64,000 bases of DNA, from positions 2,604,001-2,668,000 of the forward strand of contig OZ024758.1 of assembly GCA_964016885.1 (NCBI GenBank), written 5' to 3'. A program made the position numbers and the translations under genes. Positions 1 through 13,071 of this stretch are shown here, in pieces; within the stretch, counting starts at the first letter, position 1; every line of letters begins with the position of its first letter. The stretch is from Eledone cirrhosa (lineage: Eukaryota). The notes beneath the pieces were generated by a model. It was not told the DNA's origin. It did not search any database and saw only the letters and a program-made list of their open reading frames with translations.

Positions 1-52
1 CTCCCGGCCTGTCCAGCCCCATGGATTGTGTCTATTATATTCCTTTGTTAAA

Positions 53-104
53 TTTCAAATACCTGATGATGTCACAGGATTCATACTGAACCCGGTCATT
101 GAAA
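53..104 (+). ncRNA. Degenerate type I hammerhead ribozyme motif (Penelope pLTR-type)
   Basis: CTGATGA at 63, then GAAC (vs GAAA)-CCGG-TC with palindromic loop III; flanks TTTCAA / TTGAAA can form stem I; stem II is weak. Confidence 0.4.
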
Positions 105-232
105 TGTTCATAGTATACTAAACCTTTAAGGAATTACACCAGTCCAGCCTCCTCTTATTTTATAATATATAAATATATATATAATAAATATATATATAAT
201 ATATATTGTGTTGTTATTTCTGTTTACCTTTT

Positions 233-263
<31 letters not shown>

Positions 264-514
264 CACACACACACATACATATATATATGTATATTATTAT
301 TGCCAGTGAATTACTAACAGTATATAGTGTAATATAGATAAGATCCACTTCAGACTTTCTCGTGAAATAGTATTTTAATAGAACCAATGGATGCTGTTAC
401 AACCGAGACAAAGGTTTGCTGATGTTTTCATCTAAATATCGATAGTTCATATTTACATAGTTTCCCATGAAGTTTCAAACACCCGATTATTGATGAACTC
501 AAACACTATATATG

Positions 515-569
<55 letters not shown>

Positions 570-660
570 TATGTATGTGTGTATATATATATATATATAA
601 ATATTATGTTTATATATATATATTATATATGTATCTCATATATCTTATATATATATATAT

Positions 661-1020
661 CGGTGGTGGTGATGGAGGGGGTGATGGTGGTGATGGTGGT
701 GGCGATGTGGGGTGGGGGTGGTGATAGTGGTGGTGATAGGGGGGGGGTGATGGTAGGACCAACGGTGGTGATTATGATGATGATGATGATGACGGTGATG
801 ATGTTGATGATGTATTTTTTAAAAGAAAAAGAAGACGAAGAAGAAGAAGAAGAAGAAGCAGGAAAAGAAAACGAAGAAGAAGAAGAAGAAGAAGAAGAAG
901 AAGAAAGCAAAGAAGACGAAGACGAAGAAGAAAAAGAAGGCAAAGAAGAAGAAGATAATGAAGAAGAAGAAGACGAAGAAGTAGAAGACAAAAAAGAAAA
1001 AGAAGGAAAAAAGGAAATAT
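661..1020. repeat. Compound trinucleotide repeats (GGT)n/(GAT)n/(GAA)n
   Basis: Directly visible; source of the poly-G/M/E/S pseudo-ORFs. Confidence 0.9.
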
Positions 1021-1374
1021 AAAGAAAAGCAATTACATTGTCAGTCCGAATGAGTGCCTTTTATATGTGAAACTAAATAAAAACAATGGAAAGATTACAG
1101 ATTAGAAAAGTTTGAAACGAGTATATTTAGAACAAACTAGAGTCTCTCTTTCTTACAGTTTAATAACAATCTTGATAGCACTGGGCCATAAATTGTTATG
1201 TAAAACATCAGAGTCTACTTGAGCAATCTTGGTAGAGATTAGTTTGATAGTGTGATAGGAGAAACTCTTCCTGTAATAAGTCTTTCTCACTAGCGAAGAC
1301 GCCGACCAATAAATCAGAGCATTTCTACTCAACACGTCTAACATCCCCTACATCATATATAAACACGTATATAT

Positions 1375-2790
<1,416 letters not shown>

Positions 2791-2794
2791 ATAT

Positions 2795-2832
<38 letters not shown>

Positions 2833-2869
2833 CACATATGCATACACTCAGAGGTATGTATTATATATG

Positions 2870-2923
<54 letters not shown>

Positions 2924-3215
2924 TCTATTTTCATATATACAGATGTATATACAGATATATATACAGATCTGTATATATTCCAAAGATACTTATGTTCTAT
3001 AGCCATACACGAACATACGAATATATTAATATATATACACAGGATGTATATACATAAATACAGAAGCACATAGCACACAAAGTATTACATTAAAACTCAT
3101 ATAAATACACGCATGAATATCATATACATACATATACATACATATATATTATATATATATATATGTATGTATATATGATATATGTATGGTATGTATGCAT
3201 GTATATATGTATATT

Positions 3216-3286
<71 letters not shown>

Positions 3287-4115
3287 GTGTGTGTATATAT
3301 GTATATATATATATATATATATATTCATATATATATATATATATTCATATATATATATATATATATTCATATATATATATATATATATTCATATATATAT
3401 ATATATATTCATATATATATATATATATATTCATATATATATATATATATTCATATATATATATATATAATCTGAAAAACCACTTAGAATTGAGAGTAAC
3501 TATAAATTCTTTCTATGACTCAATGATAATAAATCATAGCTTATATTACAGATACATTCCAGAGAAACTAACGAGTGGCAGGATATAATGGGGCAGAATG
3601 AATAGGAGAAAATGGAGGGCGAACAAGGGGGGATGTACTGAGAGAGAGAGAGAGAGGGGGGAGAGAGAAGGAGTTATTATTTACTGTTAGACACTAAATT
3701 AAGAAAGAAAAAGTGAATGTGATAGAAAAGAAGAAAAGATGGAAGGAAATTTGGCTGCAAATTTTAAGTGTTTGCATCGAAGGATATTCGCCTGAATCCA
3801 TTGTTGATCATGTGATATTCTGGAACGGTCTCACGAGAGAGTACGTTTTAATTTCAGTGTAAGAGGATTAAATAGTTTTTCAATATTTAATTTCGAAAGG
3901 ATGTCGATGTTTTGTCAGCTGATATTGGAGTGTTGGAGAGGAATTTATCAGTGTCTAATTACATTCGTTTACATTCTGAGTTCAAGTACCACCATTGTTG
4001 ATATTACTTTCAATTCTTCTGGGATCAATAAAATAATGCCAGTCAACAATTGTTGTAGTTGATCTTAATCGACTGTCACTCCTACTAAAGTGTGTGGCTT
4101 CGTACCTAAGTTAGA

Positions 4116-4268
4116 GGTGGCGAATTGGCCGAGTTGTTAGAACGTCGGATAGAATGATTTATGGTATTAGTTCCGTCTCTCCGCCCTCTGAGTTTAAATC
4201 CCGACGAGTTGAACTTTGCCTTTCATACTTTCAAGGTAAATATAAAAAGTACCACTCTAGTACTGGGG
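4116..4268 (+). mobile_element. tRNA-derived SINE, variant B
   Basis: A-box-like head, GAGTTTAAATCC B box, core AACTTTGCCTTTCAT...GTACCA shared with many copies in the window. Confidence 0.75.
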
Positions 4269-5165
4269 ACGATTCTTCCTCTCTCTCTCTGGAAGAAATT
4301 TTCTTCTTCTTCTTCTTCTTCTTCTTCTTCTAAACCATTTGGATGTTACCCATACACTTCAAGCAAATCGAACTAATGACAAATCAGTGAAAGTAAAAAT
4401 ATCACAACTGGGAATCGAACTCGTTTCACTGTATCACTTTATTGAAAACAAACCTACAACACATTGGGTTATGCATGAGGGAACCAACAATACATTAGTT
4501 GATAAAGAGGAGGCAAATGGAATGGCCGAATAAGTTGAGCGTCAAACAAACTGGATGTGTTTCTGGACATCCCTTTACATGCTAAGTTCAAATCTCAGCA
4601 CTGTCAGTTATGCCTTACATCCATTCGTAGAGTCGATAAAATAATTACACTCGTTCATTCAATTGACTATGCATATCCTATCTACATAAATGTGTGGCCT
4701 TTTGCTAGAAAAGTTAGAAATCAATATAAGTTGGTCAATAATTGATCTGTGCTTCTTTGCAGTAATAGATTAAAAAATAATAATAATAAAAACACAGATA
4801 CACAAAAAAATGAACAAAAAACAAACAAACAAGTAAAATAAAAGACCTGCGCAGTGATGTCATCTCTGCTGAGCAGAAAATGCAACGTTATCATTTTGTC
4901 TATCGATAATCACGAGGATAAATATCTTTAGAAAAAATTTATTCCAACGGCAAACTTGTTAAATCTGCTTCGCCAGATAAATCAATAGAAACTCCAGCAA
5001 GCTTATTTGTATCACAGGCCTACCACTAAGTAATATGATCACATCTTGCAACATGGAACCCGTGTACTGTCTGTTGGTAATACATGAACTCTGAGGCCGT
5101 AGGTATATAATAAAAGCGTCAACAAGTTTATTTCTATGACAGGCCTAGTAATATTATTACATCCA

Positions 5166-5505
5166 GGAGGATTGGCAGTATCGGTAGAGGGTTGGACGCC
5201 ATGCTTTGACGCATAGAGTTACGGTCCTTGCCATTCTGAGTTCAAATCCCGCCGAGGTTAACTTTGCCTTTCATCCTTTCGGGGTCGATAAAATAAAGTA
5301 CCAGTAATACACTGGGTAATTGCTGGCCTTGTGCCAAATGTAGAAACAATTATTACATCCAGGGTCGGACGCCATGCTTTGCAGCAAAGAATTACGGCCC
5401 TTTATGATCTGAGTTCAAATCATGCCGAGGTAAACTTTGCCTTTCATCCTTACGGGGTCGATAAAATAAGGTACCAGTAATTGCTGGCCTTGTGCCAAAA
5501 GTAAA
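5166..5505 (+). mobile_element. Two tandem copies of tRNA-derived SINE (second 5'-truncated)
   Basis: GGATTGGCAGTATCGGTAGAG head, GAGTTCAAATC B box, core GCCGAGGTTAACTTTGCCTTTCATCCTT..GGGGTCGATAAAATAA.GTACCAGT; each copy bounded by ATTATTACATCC. Confidence 0.9.
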
Positions 5506-5644
5506 ATTAATTATTACATCCTGCAACATGGAAACCGTGTGATGTCTGTTGGTAATACACGAACTCTGAAGTCGTAACTAATCGTCCGAGGAATATAAGA
5601 GAAGCGCCAACAAGTTTATTTCTATGACAGCCTTACTACTGAGA

Positions 5645-6165
5645 GGCAGCGAATTGACAGAGTCGTTAGAACGTCAGGTAGAATACTTTATGGTATTCGT
5701 TCTGAATCTCTGGTCTCTGCTCTCTGCTCTATATCCCCGCCGAGGTCAACTTTGCCTTTCAACCTTTCGAGGTTGATATAAAAAGTACCAATCAAATACT
5801 GGGGTCAATTCTCTCTCTATATATCTTTCTCTCTTCCGTTCTTTAACTCAAATTCTATCCTTCTCTGGAAGAAATCTGCTATATTCAAACCTGGAGAGGA
5901 GATGGGCTCGTTCATCCTTTCGAGGTCCTTTCTTCCTGTATACCTCTTTCTCACTTCCTCTCTATCATTCGAGATCGATAAAAATGTACCAGTCTCGTAC
6001 TGGGTCGATTCTTCCTCTATATCCCTTTCTCATGTCCTCTCTCTTACTTTCTATCTTTTCTCGAAGAAATTTGCTGTACTCAGACCTGGAGAGGGATGGG
6101 CTCCGTCAGACTTAAAATACCCAAGAAACGCCGTATGTCAATACGGCGCCCCTACGACTCTATCA
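5645..6165 (+). mobile_element. SINE variant B with extended 3' segment
   Basis: Same core; 3' segment GCTGTACTCAGACCTGGAGAGGGATGGG...CCGTATG...CTACGACTC also follows the copy at 34360. Confidence 0.7.
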
Positions 6166-6176
6166 GAAATTACAAG

Positions 6177-6320
6177 ACCACACCATACCATAAGATACCA
6201 TACCGTACCATACAATACCATACCATAGCGTACCATACAATACCATACCATACCATATCATATCATACCATACCATACTGTACCACACAATACCATACCA
6301 TACCATATCACACCATACCA
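6177..6320. repeat. (TACCA)n pentanucleotide microsatellite
   Basis: Directly visible. Confidence 0.9.
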
Positions 6321-6899
6321 CCAACCACGAAGTAATATCATTACAAGCAGCAAAGAGAACCCATGTGCTGTCTGTTAGAAATATACAAACTCAGAATCCT
6401 TAATTGATCGGCCCATGAATATAATAGAAGCGATGAAAATGGATGAAAGTGGCTGCAATATGACAGCCCTACCACTAAGTAATATCATCACATCATCACA
6501 ACCAGCAACCTGGAATCTATTTCTTAGTAATACACGAGCTCTCAAACCATAGCTAATTGCCAGAAGAATAAAATAGAATAAAATAGAAGGGCTGAAAAGG
6601 CTTAAAAGTGGCTTCAATTCCTCCTGTGAATAAACCATTTCAAAGAGGAAAAAAAAAATGCCCCATTCCTCACGAAAAATCAAGTCTTAAAGGGGATGTA
6701 GAACTATGTTAAATTGATTCAGCTTGGTCGATAGAATGGACGCTGGGATATTTCCTCGTCAATCTTTTTTTTTACAGCAATTGAATGGTGAAGAGATTTA
6801 CATATATTAATATTTGAATTACAGCTACCTTAGCAATCAAACTATATTCATATTCAATGTAAAAACAAACACACACGCGCACACACACACACAACCACA

Positions 6900-6948
<49 letters not shown>

Positions 6949-7117
6949 TTATATAGGTTTATATATGTATATATACATATATGTACACACACATGTATGT
7001 ATATATATATATATATATATATAGTGTATATATAACATATTTTAGTCTTCACATTTATTATTATTACTATATTATGTTATATACATATATATATATATAT
7101 ATATACACATACATACT

Positions 7118-7168
<51 letters not shown>

Positions 7169-7755
7169 ATATACATACATATATATAAGTGCATGTATAT
7201 ACAGGGTGTACAAAAAATCTATACTCACTTTCATTACTTGTACAGGCAATATTTATCAGAATGCTGTTTAAGTATGAATACATTTTTGAGGACACGCTTT
7301 ATATACATACATATGCGTGTGTGTGTATGAGTGTGTGAGTGTGTGAATATATCTACCATGATGTTATTAAAATCTAGAACTCATGAACATGCTGATGTTT
7401 CATAGAAAGGGGAAAGAAAAACTTCCTCTCGTATGAAACTCTTAGAATGAAGGATGATATCTTAAATGGAATATTTCTAGAGAGTTAAAGACTTTGGTTT
7501 GGTGAATACAATTCTGAAATCATATTATTTATCAAATATACATGTCTGTATCTCTTTTAGATTAACCCTCTCTTTCTAAACAGACTAGATCACTTTGTTT
7601 TCTCTCCCCCTATCTGTATATATATATATATATATGTATGTTTATGTATGTGTGTATATGAATGTATATGTATATGTGTGTATATATATGTATGTATATA
7701 TTTATATATATATGTATGTATATATTATATAAATATATATATGTGTATATATATG

Positions 7756-7868
<113 letters not shown>

Positions 7869-7908
7869 ATTTACACACATATATACACACACACATATAT
7901 ATATACAC

Positions 7909-7949
<41 letters not shown>

Positions 7950-8201
7950 TACATATATGTATATATAATATATACACTATGTATCTATACATTTGTATAT
8001 ACGGACTTTCACATACAAACACAGATACACATCCACACACACACACTCACAGACACACACACATATATATATATACACATATATATATGTATATAGCAGT
8101 TGAGCAGTTGAAGTATAAGGACGTGTTTTTACTTCTCTCCCCGAGTAAGCAGCAAGTCACACAGCCACAAAACAAAACCACAAGACAAAACCAAACAAAC
8201 A

Positions 8202-8302
8202 AAAATTGACCGGTTAATACATTTTCATACATCTATATTATTATATATTTGAAAATTGACCGGTTAATTCATTTTTCATACATCTATATTATTATATATT
8301 TG
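8202..8302 (+). repeat. ~50-bp tandem duplication in LINE 5'UTR
   Basis: AAAATTGACCGGTTAAT.CATTTT(T)CATACATCTATATTATTATATATTTG twice. Confidence 0.85.
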
Positions 8303-8316
8303 AAACCACGTGTTTT

Positions 8317-8809
8317 CGAACTTGTGAGTACATTTTCCTTTAACTACAAATTATTATTATATACTTTCGTCTTTTCATTAACTTAATTAATTTCAAATAA
8401 CCAGAATATACATATATATATATATATATATATACTCATATTTATATATATACGCTTCTCACTCACACACAAGAAAAACAAAAAAACAAAAATAAATCAA
8501 AAATAAATTTAAAAAAAAATATATATATATTGAAATACTTAACTAAAACACACACACACGAACTTGTGAGTACATTTTCCTTTAACTACAAATTATTATT
8601 ATATACTTTCGTCTTTTCATTAACTTAATTAATTTCAAATAACCAGAATATACATATATATATATATATATATATACTCATATTTATATATATACGCTTC
8701 TCACTCACACACAAGAAAAACAAAAAACAAAAATAAATCAAAAATAAATTTAAAAAAAAAAAAAAAATATATATATATATTGAAATACTTAACTAAAACA
8801 CACACACAC
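8317..8809 (+). repeat. ~242-bp tandem duplication in LINE 5'UTR
   Basis: Units start CGAACTTGTGAGTACATTTTCC at 8317 and 8559 and differ essentially only in A-run and (TA) lengths. Confidence 0.92.
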
Positions 8810-8820
8810 TCAAAACTAGA

Positions 8821-9996
8821 ATGGCTAACCAGCAAAAATCCAAACAGAACTGGTCTGATAATGAAATCGACATTCTAATAAACACATGGCATTGCCTTTC
8901 CCAAACAGAAAATATAGATGCTTCATCTCTGAACGACATTGCTAAACGTACAGTTCAATTTTTGAAAACTCGATCTGAACAACAGATTCAAAATAAATTA
9001 AAGCAAATCGAAATTGCTTTTAAATTAATCAATAAACATTTGGATAAACTACGGTGTGTTTTCTCTTCGAATGCTGTCCAGCAGCAGCAACAACAACAAC
9101 AGCAGCTACAACAGCAACAGCAACAACAGCAACAACAACAACATCAACAACAGCTACAACAACAACAACAACAGCAACAACAACAACAACAACGACAACA
9201 ACAGTGTGAACCACTCCTTGATTCATCAACAATGGCCGATCTACTAAATGAAACTATTGACCCCCCAGTAGCCTCTGTCTCACAGCATGAAACGCCACAT
9301 CCTTTCTCTGACCCAGCAGTCCAATCATCACCACTGCCAACATCTCTGCCTACTACTACTACTACTACTACAACATTTTTGTCTACTGCTATGTCAAGGA
9401 ATTTACCTTCTAATACCAGAACAAGAACTCTCCCTCCCACAGTCCACAAAGGTCGTCAAATCCTACCCAAACCATCATCTACACCTCTCACAACACCCAC
9501 ACCCACATACCCACCCACTCGAAACCCCATCATTTGCCGCTACTCTCTACGCTATAGAATATGTACGGATAGTGGCTGCAAATTCACCCATTTACCTAGG
9601 ACAAAACGATCTATCCCCACAAACAGCCACCACCATAATACATACTCTAATTTAACACCAACACAACCACCAATAACTCAAACAAGGAATCCACAAATCT
9701 GCCGTTTTTCCCTGCGAGACAGATTGTGTTTAGACCGGGATTGTCCCTTTACCCATCTCCCGGGGACCCGTCGGATAAATGAAAATAAAATTAAAAATAA
9801 AAGCAAAAACAAAAACCATAACCTACATAAAAATAACCACTACCACAGTCACCAACAGTCTTCTAAACAGGAAACTTCTTCCTCTTTTTTAGCCATAATG
9901 AATCTGGCAAAAGAACTGGAAAAAAACATTCGAGCTATCACCCAGCACCACCCTCCACTATCACCCCACTGCACAAACTCCCATTGCTGCCATTAA
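8821..9996 (+). CDS. LINE ORF1 protein: Myb/SANT(trihelix)-like N-terminus, polyQ, Pro/Thr linker, two CCCH zinc fingers
   Basis: 391 aa; NWSDNEIDILINTW...RSEQQIQNKLKQI; CRYSLRYRICTDSGCKFTH and CRFSLRDRLCLDRDCPFTH both fit C-x8-C-x4-C-x3-H. Confidence 0.85.
   Translation: MANQQKSKQNWSDNEIDILINTWHCLSQTENIDASSLNDIAKRTVQFLKTRSEQQIQNKLKQIEIAFKLINKHLDKLRCVFSSNAVQQQQQQQQQLQQQQQQQQQQQHQQQLQQQQQQQQQQQQRQQQCEPLLDSSTMADLLNETIDPPVASVSQHETPHPFSDPAVQSSPLPTSLPTTTTTTTTFLSTAMSRNLPSNTRTRTLPPTVHKGRQILPKPSSTPLTTPTPTYPPTRNPIICRYSLRYRICTDSGCKFTHLPRTKRSIPTNSHHHNTYSNLTPTQPPITQTRNPQICRFSLRDRLCLDRDCPFTHLPGTRRINENKIKNKSKNKNHNLHKNNHYHSHQQSSKQETSSSFLAIMNLAKELEKNIRAITQHHPPLSPHCTNSHCCH
9885..9927 (+). promoter_or_regulatory. 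Candidate -1 ribosomal frameshift signals (T TTT TTA at 9885-9891; A AAA AAC at 9921-9927)
   Basis: Both are X XXY YYZ in ORF1 phase; the -1 frame is open from 9867 straight into ORF2. Confidence 0.55.
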
Positions 9997-12900
9997 CAAA
10001 CAAACAAATTAACAACACACCAAAACAATTAAAACCATCCACTCTCGCCTCTACATTTTTGCTTAACGCCCAAGGCATCAGCCCTTCCACCAATACTCAA
10101 AAATGGAAGATCAAATTCCTGGAGGACTGGATTGATGTCCATCCAAACCACATCCCTTTCTTCGTCCTCACTGAAACCCATCTCAGTAACCTCCACTTGG
10201 AAGCCGAGGTGAAAGTGAAAAATTTCAAAGCCATCCGTGCTGATCGCGCTGGCAGAAGAAAGGGCGGAACTGCCATTTATGTCCATAATTCTTTCTCAAC
10301 AGAGGCTATGAACATATTCACTAATGGATACTGTGAGGCAGTCACTGTATTCAGTCAAACCAACAACCTATTAGTAGTTGGGCTCTATAGGCCACCCCAA
10401 ACGCCTGTACCATGCTTCAAGGAATGCCTCAACAGCATAAAGTGTTTCATCCAAGAGTGTCACCCTGACAACATCTTAATGATGGGGGACTTCAACCTCC
10501 CCGGAGTTGACTGGTCCACAAACACCCTGCCACCAGGTTCTTCTGCCTCAACCTCTGACAGGGAAGCTGTGGAATCGCTTCTTGACTTCATGGATGATTT
10601 CTTCCTATCCCAACTAGTGCTCGAACCAACGAGGTGCCACAAAAACGTCCTAGACTTAATTTTCAGCAATCACACTGACAATATCCACAATATTGCAGTG
10701 GAGAAAACTCTACTCTCTGATCATGACATGGTTCTCTGTGATCTGAGATTCCACCGTCCAATATACAAACCCAATGTCATTTCTCCTGTCCATCCGTTTG
10801 ACGCTATGGATTTCCACAATGCAAACTGGGAAGCGATCAGTCATGATCTTGCACATGTCGACTGGTCCTTCACGCACACTCATACACCCACTAACATCAA
10901 AAAGTCCTGGCAGACATTTGTGGACACTGTTACAAACATATGTGCTAAACACACCCCATTAAGAACTATAAACAAATCTAAGAGCAGAATCCCTAGAAAT
11001 AGAAAAACACTCATCAGAAAAATTAAGAGAACGAACAAAAAAATCAACAAGCTGAAATACTGTCAGCAGCAACACATCAACTTGACTGCCATTTCATCAC
11101 TAGAGATTAAAAAACATAACCTCCAAAACAACATAATGTCCCTCATCAACAATCAGAGAAGAGCTGAAGAGGCCTGGGCCATTGAGAAGATCAAACTCAA
11201 TCCCAAAGTGTTCTTTTCATTTGCAAAAAAACACAAAATCACTGGCTCTACTGTTGGCCCTCTAATTGATGAAAATGGCACTCTTCAAGACAATGCTAAA
11301 ACCATGGGTGAGATACTGCAGAAACAATACTGCTCTGTTTTCAGCAATCCTGATATGGCCGATCTGGGCTGTATCGGCGATGTTACTCCCCATTACACCT
11401 TATCGGACATAACGTTTGGCGCCCCTGATGTCTTGGCGGCAATAAAGGAAATCAAGCATAATTCAGCAGTAGGTCCCGATAGGTTCCCTGCTTGTGTCTT
11501 GAAGGCGTGTCAACACCAACTTGCTTCTCCTCTTGCCAATCTGTGGCGGAACTCACTGGATGCTGGATATGTGCCAGAAAACCTTCTATCCCAGTCTGTT
11601 GTCCCAGTTTTCAAAAAGGGAAACAAATCCCTTGCCGTGAATTACCGTCCAATCTCACTCACCTCTCATATCATTAAGGTATTTGAGCGAGTGGTGAGAT
11701 CGCGAATGACCCACTTCCTTGAGAGTAACAATATGCTGAACTCCAACCAGCATGGATTCCGTAATGGAAGGGATTGCCTGACGCAACTACTGCATCACTT
11801 TGATGACATTTTGAGAGCCTTGGGAGAGGGTTCCAACACTGATGTTATCTACCTTGATTTCAGCAAGGCCTTTGACAGGGTTGATCATAACATTCTACTG
11901 AGAAAGCTGTCCAATATTGGTGTCACTGGAAAGCTGCTGCAGTGGATCAAGAGCTTCCTGTCAAACAGAACCCAACATGTTGTAGTTGAGGTAGTCAAAT
12001 CAAGCCCAGCCAAAGTCAGTAGTGGAGTCCCACAAGGCACTGTGTTGGGCCCACTTCTCTTCATCATCTATATTAATGACATCACTGACATCATCAAACA
12101 CAGCAACATTAAAATTTTCGCTGATGATTCCAAGCTCCAAAAGGTCATCAATGGCGTGGATGACCGGATAAGCCTTCAGTCAGACCTACTGGCTGTTACC
12201 CAATGGGCAGAAAAGAACAACATGCTACTGAACGAAGACAAATTCGAACTGATCCACTTTGGAAAAGAGGATGCTCTGAAACTCCCGTACTCCCTTCCCT
12301 CCGGGGAAACTCTCGTGGCATCTAACAACATCAGAGACTTGGGAGTAACCGTGGACAGCAACATAAGCTGGACCACGCATATAAGCAGCAAAGTTGACAT
12401 GGCCCGCAGAATGTGTTCCTGGATCCTCAGAACCTTCCAGTCGAGAGATTCCCGCACCATTATCCTTCTCTTCTCTACTTTCGCCCGACCACACCTTGAA
12501 TACTGTTGTCCACTGTGGTCTCCCCACACGAAACAAAGTATCATGAAACTTGAAGCTCCTCAAAGGGCAATCACGAAAAAGATAGATGGCATGTCAGACC
12601 TTGACTACTGGGGTCGATTGGAAAACCTGAAACTTTACTCACTCCAACGTCGCCGTGAGCGTTATATTATCTGCATGATGTGGAAAATGTTCCATCATCA
12701 CTGCCCAAATGATGTTGGCATCGCCTTCAAGATACACCCAAGGCTTGGGCCCCGTGCTATCCGTCCCATTCAAAAATCTAAATCGCAACTCATAACAACA
12801 ATACGGCACAATTATTTCACCTCAATCGGCCCTGCTCTCTTCAACATCACACCAGGACACGTCAAAACAGAAACTGACCACACAAAATTCAAGAAGTCTT

Positions 12901-13004
12901 TGGACAAATTCCTCCAAGTAATCCCGGACAAACCACCCACACCCGGATATGTCTCCGCAAACAGTAATTCTCTTCTCGAATGGGCCATGGTGCCCAAATC
13001 CTGA
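9984..13004 (+). CDS. LINE ORF2: apurinic endonuclease + reverse transcriptase
   Basis: APE motifs LLNAQG, LTETHL, YRPP, GDFNLP, LDLIF, SDHDMV; RT motifs YRPISLTS, QHGF, YLDFSKAFDRV, GVPQGTVLGPLLF, FADD, DLGV; the track start is TTG and the frame is open from 9867. Confidence 0.96.
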   Translation: MLPLTNKQINNTPKQLKPSTLASTFLLNAQGISPSTNTQKWKIKFLEDWIDVHPNHIPFFVLTETHLSNLHLEAEVKVKNFKAIRADRAGRRKGGTAIYVHNSFSTEAMNIFTNGYCEAVTVFSQTNNLLVVGLYRPPQTPVPCFKECLNSIKCFIQECHPDNILMMGDFNLPGVDWSTNTLPPGSSASTSDREAVESLLDFMDDFFLSQLVLEPTRCHKNVLDLIFSNHTDNIHNIAVEKTLLSDHDMVLCDLRFHRPIYKPNVISPVHPFDAMDFHNANWEAISHDLAHVDWSFTHTHTPTNIKKSWQTFVDTVTNICAKHTPLRTINKSKSRIPRNRKTLIRKIKRTNKKINKLKYCQQQHINLTAISSLEIKKHNLQNNIMSLINNQRRAEEAWAIEKIKLNPKVFFSFAKKHKITGSTVGPLIDENGTLQDNAKTMGEILQKQYCSVFSNPDMADLGCIGDVTPHYTLSDITFGAPDVLAAIKEIKHNSAVGPDRFPACVLKACQHQLASPLANLWRNSLDAGYVPENLLSQSVVPVFKKGNKSLAVNYRPISLTSHIIKVFERVVRSRMTHFLESNNMLNSNQHGFRNGRDCLTQLLHHFDDILRALGEGSNTDVIYLDFSKAFDRVDHNILLRKLSNIGVTGKLLQWIKSFLSNRTQHVVVEVVKSSPAKVSSGVPQGTVLGPLLFIIYINDITDIIKHSNIKIFADDSKLQKVINGVDDRISLQSDLLAVTQWAEKNNMLLNEDKFELIHFGKEDALKLPYSLPSGETLVASNNIRDLGVTVDSNISWTTHISSKVDMARRMCSWILRTFQSRDSRTIILLFSTFARPHLEYCCPLWSPHTKQSIMKLEAPQRAITKKIDGMSDLDYWGRLENLKLYSLQRRRERYIICMMWKMFHHHCPNDVGIAFKIHPRLGPRAIRPIQKSKSQLITTIRHNYFTSIGPALFNITPGHVKTETDHTKFKKSLDKFLQVIPDKPPTPGYVSANSNSLLEWAMVPKS

Positions 13005-13071
13005 ATTGAAAGACTTCGCCAGGTGGTGCTATTAAGTTAGACATGGCCTGGGCCAATACTGGCCAAAACAT

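Noticed and set aside
5166-5250. tRNA-like A/B boxes
   Set aside because: SINE heads; no closed cloverleaf or acceptor stem
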